Shown here: positions 49,634 through 60,259 of the stretch, one piece after another
Layout: each line of letters opens with the position of its first letter
How positions within the stretch are numbered: position 1 is the stretch's first letter
DNA from: an uncultured delta proteobacterium
GTDB taxonomy: Bacteria; Bdellovibrionota; FAC87; UBA2466
DNA: 64,000 nucleotides
Assembly: GCA_963778115.1 (NCBI GenBank)
Contig: CAVZSV010000004.1
Location: 1,664,001 to 1,728,000 of the forward strand
Reading direction: 5' to 3'
The notes under the pieces: generated by a model
What the model saw: only the letters and a program-made list of their open reading frames with translations
Told to the model about the DNA's origin: nothing
The model's database searches: none
Position numbers and translations under genes: made by a program

Positions 49634-50626
49634 ATGATCTATCGAGCGGCGGTAATCGGTTGTGGGAAAATCGGAACAACCAACTCCCTCGATCCTCTGA
49701 TCAAAGGCGTGTGCTCTCATGCTGGTGCCTATATGGCCTGTCCGCAGACAGAGCTCGTCGCGGTTTGCGATGTGGATCGGTCTAGAGCGGAAGCTTGCGG
49801 GAAACAATGGGGAATCAAATCGGTCTATTCGGACCCAGGGCAACTCATCCAAGAAATACAGCCCGAAATCATCAGTATCTGTTCCCCGAACGAAACTCAT
49901 GGAGAGATGTTATCGCGAGCCTTAGCGTCTAACTCGACTCGCGGAGTAATAACCGAAAAACCTCTGACTCTCCATGTCCCTGAAGCGGCGCGCCTGGTGC
50001 GACTTGCCGAAGATCGCAATATCCACTTGGCTGTAAATTACAGCCGCCGTTATTCCAAGGGTCACGCGGAAATGAGGGCGTTTATTCATTCCGATGCTTT
50101 AGGCAAGGTTCAGACGGTGACCGGTTACTATACCAAGGGAATTTTTCATAACGGAACCCATTGGCTCGACCTGGCGCATTGGATGTTTGGCGACGTCAAG
50201 CAGGTTACCGCTTTTAATCTTCGAAATAGGCAGGAACTAGACTGTCAATTAGACGCCTCCATGGTTTTTGAAAGTGGGGCAACCGCATTTCTGCAAGGGC
50301 TAGATCCTTCAGCTTATGCTCTTTTTGAAATGGATGTCTTAGGGACCAAAGGCCGGGTCCGAGTGACACAGGAAGGCCATCAGATAGAATATTTTGCTGT
50401 CGTGGACAGTCCCCATTACAGCGGATTTAGTACAGTCCGAAGTATCGGGCAAAAGAACGGCGAAATGGAAAATAATCTCCTCAATGCCGTTGAAGATTTG
50501 GTGAATAGTATTACTGAAAAACGAAATCCCAGTTGTACTGGGACCGACGGACTTAAAGCTCTCGTCGTTGCATCGTCTTTAATGAAGTCAGGTATGGAAA
50601 ACCGGAGTATTATCATTTCCGAATAA
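49634..50626 (+). CDS. Gfo/Idh/MocA oxidoreductase
   Basis: VIGCGKIG, EKP, NYSRR, NGTHWLD. Confidence 0.92.
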   Translation: MIYRAAVIGCGKIGTTNSLDPLIKGVCSHAGAYMACPQTELVAVCDVDRSRAEACGKQWGIKSVYSDPGQLIQEIQPEIISICSPNETHGEMLSRALASNSTRGVITEKPLTLHVPEAARLVRLAEDRNIHLAVNYSRRYSKGHAEMRAFIHSDALGKVQTVTGYYTKGIFHNGTHWLDLAHWMFGDVKQVTAFNLRNRQELDCQLDASMVFESGATAFLQGLDPSAYALFEMDVLGTKGRVRVTQEGHQIEYFAVVDSPHYSGFSTVRSIGQKNGEMENNLLNAVEDLVNSITEKRNPSCTGTDGLKALVVASSLMKSGMENRSIIISE

Positions 50627-50666
50627 AATCCCGTTTTCGATAGGCTTTACTTGGAAGGAATATCTT

Positions 50667-51974
50667 ATGAAAGAAACATTTAGCGATTTCAAGAATAGTA
50701 GCCGATCCAGCGAAAAGTTAGCCCTAAACGGGGGGCCTAAGACTATCGAAAAATCTTTCACATACTATAACTCCATCGGCGCCGAAGAGGTGGAGGCCGC
50801 AAAGAAAGTTGTCGAGTCCGGAGTCCTCTCCCAATTCTTGGGAGCCTGGCACGAGGATTTCTACGGAGGGCCTAAAGTCAGAGAATTCGAACAGGCATCC
50901 AAAAAATTTTTCGGAGTAAGGCACGCCGTTACCGTTAATTCATGGACCTCGGGCTTAGTAGCCGCGGTGGGGGCAATAGGGGTTGAACCAGGCGACGAAA
51001 TTATCGTAAGTCCATGGACCATGTGCGCCACGGCAACGGCGATCCTTCATTGGAACGCGATACCAGTTTTTGCCGACATTGACCCAGGGACTTTTTGTCT
51101 CGATCCGGCTTCGGTGGAAAAGAATATTACGCCGCGAACTCGCGCGATTCTGGCGACGGACATCTTCGGCCATTCCGCTGACATGGATGCGCTGAATAAG
51201 ATCGCTAAAAAGCATAATCTTAGAACGATTTCCGATACCGCCCAGGCTCCCTGTGCCCTATACAAAGGAAAATTGGCGGGAACTTTGGCCGATGTTGGCG
51301 GCTATAGTCTGAACTACCATAAACACATCCACACCGGTGAAGGTGGAATCTTAGTTACTAACGATGATGAAATCGCTGAACGTTTGAGACTTATTCGTAA
51401 TCACGCTGAAGCGGTAGTAGGTCCCAAAGGAGTCCAAAATCTAAATAATATGTTGGGCCACAATTTTCGTCTCGGGGAAATTGAATGTGCCATCGGAATT
51501 GAGCAACTAAAGAAATTAGAGAGTTTTGTTTCTAAGAAACAGCGGGTGGCCCGACGACTCACCGATGGATTACAGCAATTAGCTGGATTAAGTACCCCGT
51601 TGGTTCAGCCCGATTGCTCGCACGTTTATTATATATACCCGATGGTTCTGGATATTAAACGTCTCGGTGTTCCTCGGGAGAAAATAATTGCAGCATTATC
51701 GGCGGAAGGAATCGAAGGGGTGACAGCCGGCTATGAACTCCTCCATCTGTTGCCGATGTATCAGAAAAAGATGGCCTACGGTTCTAAGGGGTTTCCGTGG
51801 AATTCCGAATTCGCAAGGAAGGATATCTCCTACGAGCGAGGTATCTGTCCAGTTGCCGAGGAACTCCAATTTTCTACTCTTATGAAATTTTACACCTGTA
51901 AGTTTGATATCTCTGATGAGGAGACAGATTTAATCATCGAAGCATTTAGAAAAGTATGGGCTAATTTGTTCTAG
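50667..51974 (+). CDS. DegT/DnrJ/EryC1/StrS aminotransferase
   Basis: SDTAQA, SLNYHKHIHTGEGG, GICPVAE. Confidence 0.95.
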   Translation: MKETFSDFKNSSRSSEKLALNGGPKTIEKSFTYYNSIGAEEVEAAKKVVESGVLSQFLGAWHEDFYGGPKVREFEQASKKFFGVRHAVTVNSWTSGLVAAVGAIGVEPGDEIIVSPWTMCATATAILHWNAIPVFADIDPGTFCLDPASVEKNITPRTRAILATDIFGHSADMDALNKIAKKHNLRTISDTAQAPCALYKGKLAGTLADVGGYSLNYHKHIHTGEGGILVTNDDEIAERLRLIRNHAEAVVGPKGVQNLNNMLGHNFRLGEIECAIGIEQLKKLESFVSKKQRVARRLTDGLQQLAGLSTPLVQPDCSHVYYIYPMVLDIKRLGVPREKIIAALSAEGIEGVTAGYELLHLLPMYQKKMAYGSKGFPWNSEFARKDISYERGICPVAEELQFSTLMKFYTCKFDISDEETDLIIEAFRKVWANLF

Positions 51975-52705
51975 CGAGCACTTTTCTGAACGATTTGGGA
52001 GTTGATACCAGCTAACTCAGGTCGGCGCTGAAATAATTCCGCCACATCCCCAATAGTAAACTCCGGATTTTTCGGATAAAGCTCCGCATAAACGAGTTCC
52101 ACCAGCCTAAAGTCTTCTGGGGTATCTACCGTAAGCCTAAGAGAAGCCGCTTCCTTGGGAAGAGGAATCGTAACATTGCGTAGACGGTATTTCTCAGGAT
52201 GCTCCCAGTAGTGAAGGGAAACATGTTCGTGATCGGCGGGATCCTTTGAAATTCGGTTAATTTCGTCTAGCGAATCCTTGGTGAAAACTCGGACATCGGT
52301 GCCGCGGGGAGAGCTGTAAGGGAAAATATTCGACACGAAATCCGCTCCTCCGAGGAGAAAATCGGAAACAGCGATATCGATTATGGCGGGGTCCTGAAGG
52401 GGGGAATCGCCCGTTGTCTCGACAATCAGATCGGCGTCATAGGCATGGGCGGCGCCTAACACTCGTCCCAAAACATCGTCTTCACTTCCCCTAAAAACAC
52501 CGATGCTTAGCTTTTCTGAAAGTTCTACAATGGGATCATCCGCGGACTGATCGGTTGTCGCGATGACTACACCTTCGATGGTCTTGGCCCGCCGCACCCT
52601 TTCCACCATGAGCTCTAGCATCGGCTTGCCTTGAATTGTCCTTAAGACTTTTCCGGGTAGCCGTGTCGACCGCATCCTAGCCTCAATGAAACAAATTGCT
52701 TTCAT
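51971..52705 (-). CDS. SpsF-like cytidylyltransferase
   Basis: EARMRSTRLPGKVL, FRGSEDDVLGR, EHV, RLTVDTPED. Confidence 0.92.
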   Translation of the reverse strand: MKAICFIEARMRSTRLPGKVLRTIQGKPMLELMVERVRRAKTIEGVVIATTDQSADDPIVELSEKLSIGVFRGSEDDVLGRVLGAAHAYDADLIVETTGDSPLQDPAIIDIAVSDFLLGGADFVSNIFPYSSPRGTDVRVFTKDSLDEINRISKDPADHEHVSLHYWEHPEKYRLRNVTIPLPKEAASLRLTVDTPEDFRLVELVYAELYPKNPEFTIGDVAELFQRRPELAGINSQIVQKSAR

Positions 52706-52857
52706 GTCCCACTCCTAAAGTAATAACCTTTCGCGTCGCAAAAAACATACTCCCTGCCAAATCTTGAATTTCTATTTCTCTAGCAGGAACATAGAATACA
52801 GGTGAAACGAAATAGTATTAAGAAGTTTGTTCAACTCTTAACGCGGGCTCCCCATCA

Positions 52858-53637
52858 ATGATTCTTGAATTAGGTAAGACCTTAGCGGCAGAATTTGCAG
52901 AAACCGCGCGAGTGGTAAATGCTAAACTTCCCCCCCTAACGGAGACGGAACTACAGATTCATCAAACTCTCGCAAGAACTGGAATCGCAATTATTCCCCG
53001 ATTTTTCGACCAAACAAAAGTTTGGGAATTGAGGCAAGAGGTGGATCGGCTTATAGCATCGTCAAAAAAGTTGTGGGTGGATAAGTGTGGTTCCGACAAA
53101 CGTTACTTTGGAGCGGACAATGCCAGTATCGCCATCCGTGAGTATCTTGAGCATCCCTTCATCCAAAAAATGGGAAAAAGGTATGCTCGTAGTGAACTCA
53201 AAGGGCATCTAAGCTTAGCGGCCAAGATGACCTATCGAGAAGGTAATTTAGGATCCGGAGGGGGGTGGCACCGAGACTCTCCCATTAGTCGCCAGTTCAA
53301 AAGTCTGCTCTACCTCAGCGATGTAGACGAAAAAAATGGCCCCTTCGAATATTTGGTGGGAACCCATCAGAAGAAATCGGTATTGAACTTAGTCTCAAAG
53401 AGGCTGCAGCGATACCGACAGTATCGGTTCACTGACGAAGAGGTGGCTGCGATTCTCAAACAGACTAAAATCCAGAAGCAGCAAATCGTTGGGCGAGGGG
53501 GAGACTTAGTATTGGTCGATACCAAGGGAATTCACCGGGGAGCCCCCATGACGGGAGGTGAGCGTTACGCTATCACCAACTACTTCTGGCGCGATCGGAT
53601 CCCAGAACACATCACCAGTCAGATGAACCTACAGTAG
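52858..53637 (+). CDS. 2OG-Fe(II) dioxygenase (PhyH-like)
   Basis: GWHRD, YLSDV...NGPF, GIHRG, R. Confidence 0.88.
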   Translation: MILELGKTLAAEFAETARVVNAKLPPLTETELQIHQTLARTGIAIIPRFFDQTKVWELRQEVDRLIASSKKLWVDKCGSDKRYFGADNASIAIREYLEHPFIQKMGKRYARSELKGHLSLAAKMTYREGNLGSGGGWHRDSPISRQFKSLLYLSDVDEKNGPFEYLVGTHQKKSVLNLVSKRLQRYRQYRFTDEEVAAILKQTKIQKQQIVGRGGDLVLVDTKGIHRGAPMTGGERYAITNYFWRDRIPEHITSQMNLQ

Positions 53638-53644
53638 TCGGTAG

Positions 53645-55654
53645 TTAAATCACCGACTGAGACTGACTAGCTTCTTGCCAAGCTGGCTCGAACATTCGGG
53701 CCGGGGATTTTGAATCCCGAGTATCCGCGTCCAATTCGGCTGAAGTGACTTCGCGGACGTCTCCTCTAATTAGAGCGTAAAGTCGTTCGACCGCACGAGG
53801 AAGACCGTAATACGCATCCGAAATAATTTGATCCACTTGCCGCGCCAGTACGCGCTCAACCCTGGCTTCCAGAGCCCTATCTCCGGCAGCAAGGATTAGA
53901 ATATCCGGGTCTTCGGTCTTAATTTCGCTTCCCGTCAGATACAGCTCTTCCGAAAGTTTCTCTCCGGGACGTATGCCCGTGTAAACGATCGGAACGTCCT
54001 GTTTTCTCTTACCCATAAGGCCAATTAAACTCGTCGCTAAATCAACGATTCGGATAGGCTCCCCCATGCGGAGGACCATAATGTCTCCGGAATTCGCGAG
54101 CGTTCCCGCTCTCAGAACCAAAGACACAGCCTCCGGAATTAGCATGAAAAACCGTTTCATCTCTTTATGCGTAATCGTGATCCCTCGGCCGGCTAAAATC
54201 TGTTCCTTCAAAAGTGGGATTAAACTACCGCTACTTCCCAAGACATTTCCGAATCGCACGGATGAAAAACGTCTACCAGTCTTTTGCGCAACGTCCGTTA
54301 CCAATAATTCACAAACTCGTTTGCTAGCACCCATTACGCCCGCGGGATTGACGGCCTTGTCCGTGGAAATCATGACAAAGGATTCGACGTCATGCTCTTC
54401 AGAAAGTTCAAGAAGATTACGGGTGCCAAGAATATTATTTAGAATCGCGGGGAATGGATTACTCTCGACAAGATGCACGTGTTTATAAGCTGCTGCGTGA
54501 AAGACTAAACTTGGCGAATATTGAGTGAATATTCTCTCGAGCATCTTTTTATTTTTGATATCCACCAGAAGCGGAACCACGTTCTTTTGAGGGTTCGAGC
54601 TGTCGGATAAAGCACGATCGATCTCATAGAGATTAAACTCAGAGTGGTCGAGAAGAAGTAATTTCTGGGGACCCAATTCAAAGAGCTGCTTGGCAAGCTC
54701 CGAACCAATCGAGCCACCGGCCCCCGTGACCAGAATGGTATTCCCGGGAACCACACGTTTTAGATTCGAAAGATCGATATCTCGGCGTTTTCGACTCAAT
54801 AGATCGTTGAGGTTAATCTCGCGAAGCGGCTTGTTATCCTGTCGGTCCATGGAAGCCACAGGCAACTTTCCGATCAAAGGCCGAATTCCGTGATGGCCCG
54901 CCACCTCGATAATACGAAGGAGCAAATCCGCCTCGGGACGGTTAATGGCGATAATTAATTCCTTTGCACCCGTGGTGTGGAATAAAGCGTCCAACTCTGG
55001 ACCGGCTCCCAGAACACGAATTCCTCGAATAACGCGTCCCAGTTTGGCCCTGTCATCATCGATAAAACCAACGGGTTGATAGCCCATTTCTTCGTTGGTC
55101 ATAAGGCGGTATGCGAGTGCACTCCCATTGTTCCCGGCACCATAAATCAAAGTCGGAATTCCGTCGCGTTTCACTCGGCTATGGGAAGGATATTCGTGCA
55201 AATATCGACGGAAAAGTCGAATCCCCACCATTCCCATTAGCATCACTAGCGTCTGAATTACTACTGCGGCTCTGGGAGTGGAAGTGCTATAAACCAGCCC
55301 TCTAAAGGCTATGTTTATCAACGCCGAGATCAAAATGGCCTTCGAGACCAAAGCACCATCCTTCAATGAGGTATAGCGCCACATGATGTCGTAGACTCCC
55401 ATCAAGACGAAGGTCCCGATGGGGATGGCGATCAGAAAGGAGAGAAATAGCGCTGTATAGAGAAACGAGTGCCTAGGTTCGAAAAAACCTCCCGTAAGAT
55501 AGAAGGAAAGTCCTCGCGACAGTACGATGATGAAAATATCGGGAATAACGTATTGGATTCGCAAGCGGCCTAAGCGGCCAACTGCCGTTTTGAACAAAGA
55601 CCGCCCCATTTGGCGAAACGTGGTGGGCAAGTTCGGAAAAATGTCCAACCTCAA
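53645..55654 (-). CDS. Membrane-bound NDP-sugar 4,6-dehydratase (CapD/PglF/WbpM-like)
   Basis: 4 TMs, IYGAG, TGAGGSIGSEL, HAAAYKHV, STDKAV, RFGNVLGSSGS. Confidence 0.95.
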   Translation of the reverse strand: MRLDIFPNLPTTFRQMGRSLFKTAVGRLGRLRIQYVIPDIFIIVLSRGLSFYLTGGFFEPRHSFLYTALFLSFLIAIPIGTFVLMGVYDIMWRYTSLKDGALVSKAILISALINIAFRGLVYSTSTPRAAVVIQTLVMLMGMVGIRLFRRYLHEYPSHSRVKRDGIPTLIYGAGNNGSALAYRLMTNEEMGYQPVGFIDDDRAKLGRVIRGIRVLGAGPELDALFHTTGAKELIIAINRPEADLLLRIIEVAGHHGIRPLIGKLPVASMDRQDNKPLREINLNDLLSRKRRDIDLSNLKRVVPGNTILVTGAGGSIGSELAKQLFELGPQKLLLLDHSEFNLYEIDRALSDSSNPQKNVVPLLVDIKNKKMLERIFTQYSPSLVFHAAAYKHVHLVESNPFPAILNNILGTRNLLELSEEHDVESFVMISTDKAVNPAGVMGASKRVCELLVTDVAQKTGRRFSSVRFGNVLGSSGSLIPLLKEQILAGRGITITHKEMKRFFMLIPEAVSLVLRAGTLANSGDIMVLRMGEPIRIVDLATSLIGLMGKRKQDVPIVYTGIRPGEKLSEELYLTGSEIKTEDPDILILAAGDRALEARVERVLARQVDQIISDAYYGLPRAVERLYALIRGDVREVTSAELDADTRDSKSPARMFEPAWQEASQSQSVI

Positions 55655-55778
55655 TGATTTAAAGGATACGGTAGAGTTAGGTCAGGAACGAATGTAACTA
55701 TCAATCACATTCTGGTCAAAGCTGACCGCGTCAAAAGCCACGCCCAGAGCGGAATTCGTAGACCTTGACCCAATAAGA

Positions 55779-56468
55779 TTAGGGCTTAGCCGCGTCGAAG
55801 TCCGTCTGAAAGTCAGAATTGGCAAATAGCTTTTCGGCGACCTGTTCGGCCAATGCTTTGCCCGCTGCGATATCAGTCGGGTAGTGAACTCCCCCCATTA
55901 CCCTATCGAGTGCAATCTGATCCGCGCGATCCATGAAGGCTTGCGCGCGCGACGGATCTAATTTCGCGAGCACCCGTGCCCAGACTCCAGAGATCGTCGC
56001 ATGTCCACTGGGGTACGAGTACCCAGAAGGCTTTGGAATACAGGGTTGCACTTGGCTATTTTCCGAAAAGGGGCGTGGCCGTTGCCAGTAGTCTTTGGTT
56101 GCTTCGGCAAAATAGTCGGCATCCACTAACACTTTATTGAAGAAAGTTTTCCATTGAGTGACTTCCGCTTTCGTCAAAGGGCCGTAAGCCGGACCGAAAA
56201 AGGAATTCAGTGAGATGGAAGCTTCAGTATTAGCTCGTTTGCAGTCATCGGAAGTTCTAGAAGACTGATAAGCCAAGACTTGACTCATATCCGTTTGCTG
56301 CTCGGCAGAATTGGGGTCCGGAAAAGCCGAAACCACCGTATCGATGGGGAGAGCATCCGCGGATAGGTAATCTAACCGGGGAGTTGCTGCGCGCCCCGGC
56401 AAACTTAATAGGGACAGCAATACTAGCCACGTAAAAGCAAAACGAAGATGATTCATTTTCCCCCCCAC
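55779..56468 (-). CDS. PAP2-family (class A) acid phosphatase
   Basis: K.....RPRP, SYPSGH, R...GVHYPTD; signal peptide. Confidence 0.92.
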   Translation of the reverse strand: MGGKMNHLRFAFTWLVLLSLLSLPGRAATPRLDYLSADALPIDTVVSAFPDPNSAEQQTDMSQVLAYQSSRTSDDCKRANTEASISLNSFFGPAYGPLTKAEVTQWKTFFNKVLVDADYFAEATKDYWQRPRPFSENSQVQPCIPKPSGYSYPSGHATISGVWARVLAKLDPSRAQAFMDRADQIALDRVMGGVHYPTDIAAGKALAEQVAEKLFANSDFQTDFDAAKP

Positions 56469-56903
56469 TCGCTTATAAGAGATGGCGACGAGAAAGACAC
56501 TGCCACATGCGTCTAATGCTTTTAGCAGGTCGGCGAGTCGATGCAGCTTCCTTCATAATTGGGATCGCTATTATTACAGGCCTATGCCACGGGACAATCG
56601 TCACAGGTCTGACAACTAGAATGCGGAACTTGAAATGATTTCGGCGTGGTCGCAGGAAGATTTGCTGTTGGCGATTGGTAAGAAGCACCCACCACAAGCA
56701 AAGATATTCCTAAAACAGCGGCGGTGTTTTGTCCGCAGTTGCAGATAAGGAGTTGCAAAGACGAGTGTCGTGAGAGCCCTCTTTTGCCAAAATGCCCACG
56801 AATTAGACAGCCGAAAGAGGGCCGTCCCAGCCCATTGCCCACTCATCCTGCTGGCATAGATAATGTACAAGCTTTCCCCCGGCGACTGACGCGCCGGAGG
56901 TTG

Positions 56904-57710
56904 ATGATGTCTTGTAAGAACTTGTTACTGGTTACGATGGCGATTCTAGGCTGTTTCGTGGGAGGAAACTCTCAAGCGGAATGGGATAATAGCAGCCTCG
57001 GCAAGATCGTCTCTGATGCTCGAGGAAAAGGGATGACTGCGTACGAAGAGGCTTTAAACTCGCGTGCGGCAGTTCCGGGAAATGAGCATGACCAAGCCCC
57101 CGCGGTTAAGAGTGTGGAGACTTGGGTAAAAGGACTCTATGGACTTTACGAATCTTCGTTAGGCGAGTGGGACTCTCTCCCCAAGAATGCAACCGAAGCG
57201 GAACGTGAGAAGGTGGCCGATAGAGTGGTAAAGGTGAGCGATGCCTTGGCGACGGCATCCACCATTAAGGTATTCTTTGAAGCCAGTATTCAAGACTGCG
57301 AAAATGCGGGTTCGTCCGTCTCTCCCCGGCAAATTTTAGAAGGCAAGAAAGAGCTCCTAACCCTGGTAAGAAAAACCTTGCTAAGAAGAGGGGAAGTCTC
57401 TGGTCTATTAGATTCCCTTATCGCTGACGTGGAAAAGCGAGAGGAAGCAAGAAAAGGACTCAACGAAGCTAAGACCTATCAAGACAAAATCATGCTCTCG
57501 GTAAATATCGTGGATGATTTTCTAGATAGAAATACTCAAATCGTAGACAATCATGCCCTCCATAGATGGGGTGTGGCCTCAACCCGTTCGCTAGTCTCAA
57601 ATCGAAGAATCGGGCCCTGGGGCAAACCCAGCTCTCATTCTCAGGAAGTATCGGACGACGTTCAGCTAGCTACCGGTGCCGTTCGCAACGACAACGCTGA
57701 GAAAAAATAA
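56904..57710 (+). CDS. Hypothetical secreted helical protein
   Basis: GGAGG RBS, signal peptide MMSCKNLLLVTMAILGCFVGGNSQA. Confidence 0.65.
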   Translation: MMSCKNLLLVTMAILGCFVGGNSQAEWDNSSLGKIVSDARGKGMTAYEEALNSRAAVPGNEHDQAPAVKSVETWVKGLYGLYESSLGEWDSLPKNATEAEREKVADRVVKVSDALATASTIKVFFEASIQDCENAGSSVSPRQILEGKKELLTLVRKTLLRRGEVSGLLDSLIADVEKREEARKGLNEAKTYQDKIMLSVNIVDDFLDRNTQIVDNHALHRWGVASTRSLVSNRRIGPWGKPSSHSQEVSDDVQLATGAVRNDNAEKK

Positions 57711-57797
57711 CATCCTCCGGTATGATTTCGGGCCACCTTCTGGTGCCAATACGCCCCACTTGGGGATCTCGTAGGCACGCAACTCTGGAAGTTTAGC

Positions 57798-57813
57798 TGG
57801 CATCTGCTTTGCT
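57798..57813 (+). promoter_or_regulatory. Sigma-54-type promoter
   Basis: TGGCATCTGCTTTGCT, GG-N10-GC. Confidence 0.65.
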
Positions 57814-57837
57814 CTGTCTCCCTGTGGGGGGAGTTAG

Positions 57838-59106
57838 ATGAGAGTCCTATCTCTTTTATCCATTAGCATCGTTTTGACCTTGGTGGGTTGTGGCGCCGAC
57901 GGAAACCATACTTCGACAGGAGTCCGTGTGGGGGCCCAATTTTATCCCATCACCTGTGGTGCCCAAAATGACGGCCATTACACTTACACTCCCGACTGCC
58001 TGCGACAGGCGTATCAGATAACGCCGGAGCTAGGCGATGGCACGGGTCAAACGGTCGCCATCATCGATGATTTCGGCAATCCTAATTTAGAATCGGATCT
58101 CTCAAGCTTTTCACAAAAATTTAATCTGCCTCCGGCCAACCTCAAAATCGCCTATCCCAATGGAGAGCCCGTCTGGAGCGATCCCCTTTGCCATTACAAT
58201 TCACCTCAAAACGGCAATCAGCCGAACGTCTGCGCTGGCTGGGCGGGAGAGGTCTCTTTAGATGTTCAGATGGTCCATGTCATCGCTCCTGGCGCCAATA
58301 TTCTTGTAGTGATCGCTGGGCCCGGAACGGACGCTACTCGAAATGATTTACAAAATGATCTATCCGCCATCGACTATGCCGTTGCACAGGGGGCGAGTGT
58401 CGTCTCGATGAGTTGGGAATTTAGAAACAGCCAAACTATTTTTACCAATGACAGCCACTTCCAAAAGACAGGTGTTACTTTCATCGCTTCAGCGGGGGAT
58501 AGCCCAGGTGATGTTGCCTGGCCTTCCATGTCTCCCTACGTGCTGTCGGTGGGAGGAACCTCCCTTCAGTTCGATCCCACTTCCGAAGACAGAAGCGAAT
58601 CGGCATGGGCGAGTACCGGAGGAGGCATCGATAGTTTTGTTTCTCTCCCTGATTTTCAAAATGGATTGGGCGGAACTGCTAGCACAAGCTACCGTTCAGG
58701 GCCGGATGTTTCCATGGTCGCGGATGCCGCTACCGGAGTTTTCGTTTACGACAGCATGACAGGCCCCTTCTATAATGGAGATACCGACCCGTGGGTGAAC
58801 GGACTGCCTCCCGCAGTTCCTGACGCGTATAATTGGGAAGTTGCCGGAGGAACCAGTGTCGGCGCTCCTGTTTGGGCCGGCCTTATTGCCCTGGCCAACG
58901 CCAAACGACCGTCTGGCTCGCCGTTGGGAGATATTCACCAAGCGCTCTATCAACAAAACGCGGGCGCTTTCCTTGACATCACTTCGGGATGCCTAACTAA
59001 CTCGCAATCGAGTACGGGCTGCGCTAGCGAAGGCTTTGATCTTCTGACGGGCCTGGGTTCCCCTATCGCAAGTAAGCTCGTCCCGTACCTAGTGAGTTTA
59101 AAATAA
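57838..59106 (+). CDS. S53 (sedolisin/kumamolisin) peptidase, lipoprotein
   Basis: EVSLD, SAGD, GGTS catalytic motifs, FDLLTGLGSP; lipobox LVGC. Confidence 0.92.
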   Translation: MRVLSLLSISIVLTLVGCGADGNHTSTGVRVGAQFYPITCGAQNDGHYTYTPDCLRQAYQITPELGDGTGQTVAIIDDFGNPNLESDLSSFSQKFNLPPANLKIAYPNGEPVWSDPLCHYNSPQNGNQPNVCAGWAGEVSLDVQMVHVIAPGANILVVIAGPGTDATRNDLQNDLSAIDYAVAQGASVVSMSWEFRNSQTIFTNDSHFQKTGVTFIASAGDSPGDVAWPSMSPYVLSVGGTSLQFDPTSEDRSESAWASTGGGIDSFVSLPDFQNGLGGTASTSYRSGPDVSMVADAATGVFVYDSMTGPFYNGDTDPWVNGLPPAVPDAYNWEVAGGTSVGAPVWAGLIALANAKRPSGSPLGDIHQALYQQNAGAFLDITSGCLTNSQSSTGCASEGFDLLTGLGSPIASKLVPYLVSLK

Positions 59107-59201
59107 AGCCCCTTGTTGTTCACAAAAGTTATTAAGTTTTTGGTTTTCCTTTCAGAAGTCTACCTCTTACCTGATATCGATTAGAAAAAGGGGGAAGTTC
59201 C

Positions 59202-59768
59202 ATGAAAGTCGGTATTAGCCTATTCAGCTCTGTCATCGCATTGTCCTTTTCCGTACTGGCTCAGGCGGATTTTCAGCCGTTCGACAAAGCAGTTACCTGC
59301 AAATCGGCCAACGACGGATCGACTCTGAAAGTCTCCTATGACAAGACGACCAATTTAGATTTGGGATGGGCGGGAACCATTACGGTGGAAATTGGAACCG
59401 CTTCCAATACAGCGCTTGCAGCTTTAGTCCAAAACGCGGAACTTGCTACCGACGGCTCGAACCAAACGATTCGGCGGCAAGAGATAGCGGGACAAGTAGG
59501 TAACTGGATCCAACAAGACACTCTAAATCCAGTGATCTCGCAAACCACATTAAATTTTGGAACGTGGGATCTTTTGGACGCCAAAGGAAACGTCACAAAA
59601 CAAGCTAACGGCTTTATTTCCGCTCTAACACTTTCGAAAATCTCGGAATCCGGATTCTTGGAAGGGCAATCGAAAATAAGTTCCAAAGACTCCTATCTGG
59701 TCCGATTAGTCGACGATTTCGGAGATATCCAAATTCCGTTCGAACTATCCGAATGCAGCACAAATTGA
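59202..59768 (+). CDS. Hypothetical secreted protein
   Basis: Signal peptide, one Cys near each end. Confidence 0.7.
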   Translation: MKVGISLFSSVIALSFSVLAQADFQPFDKAVTCKSANDGSTLKVSYDKTTNLDLGWAGTITVEIGTASNTALAALVQNAELATDGSNQTIRRQEIAGQVGNWIQQDTLNPVISQTTLNFGTWDLLDAKGNVTKQANGFISALTLSKISESGFLEGQSKISSKDSYLVRLVDDFGDIQIPFELSECSTN

Positions 59769-59992
59769 TCCGTCATTTTTTCATCTACTGCCATTACACA
59801 GCGGTAAGCATTCAAAAATAAAACCCTGATTTGTTTATTAAACAAATTTTGGGGGTTGACGCGGTAGTTCGATACGCGTTACCGGTGTGCCCATCATTCG
59901 ATCAAAGCCAATTGACACAGCTGAGTTTTCTTACCGAAACCTCTGACTCTGCTTGAGATCGAAAATGAAAAACCCAAACTAAGGAGTCACTC

Positions 59993-60247
59993 ATGTTGAC
60001 CAAATCGTTCCTAGCCCTCGTCCTGGCCCTGGGGATCACGTTCACCTCGATGGAGGCCAACGCTGGCTGGAGACACCGCTGTGGCGGCTGTGGGACACCC
60101 TCACAACCTGCGTGCCCCGCGGAATGCACAGTAACTCCGGCGCCGGAGCCCTGTCCTGCCCCGGCCCCTGCAACCTGCAGCAGCTATGGATGTGGTAAAA
60201 CTCACCACTTCCTTGAGCGCCTCAGAAGTCGCCGCTGTTGTAGATAA
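59993..60247 (+). CDS. Small secreted Cys/Pro-rich protein
   Basis: TAAGGAG RBS, signal peptide ending ANA, 9 Cys, own terminator. Confidence 0.8.
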   Translation: MLTKSFLALVLALGITFTSMEANAGWRHRCGGCGTPSQPACPAECTVTPAPEPCPAPAPATCSSYGCGKTHHFLERLRSRRCCR

Positions 60248-60259
60248 CAAATAAACTTC

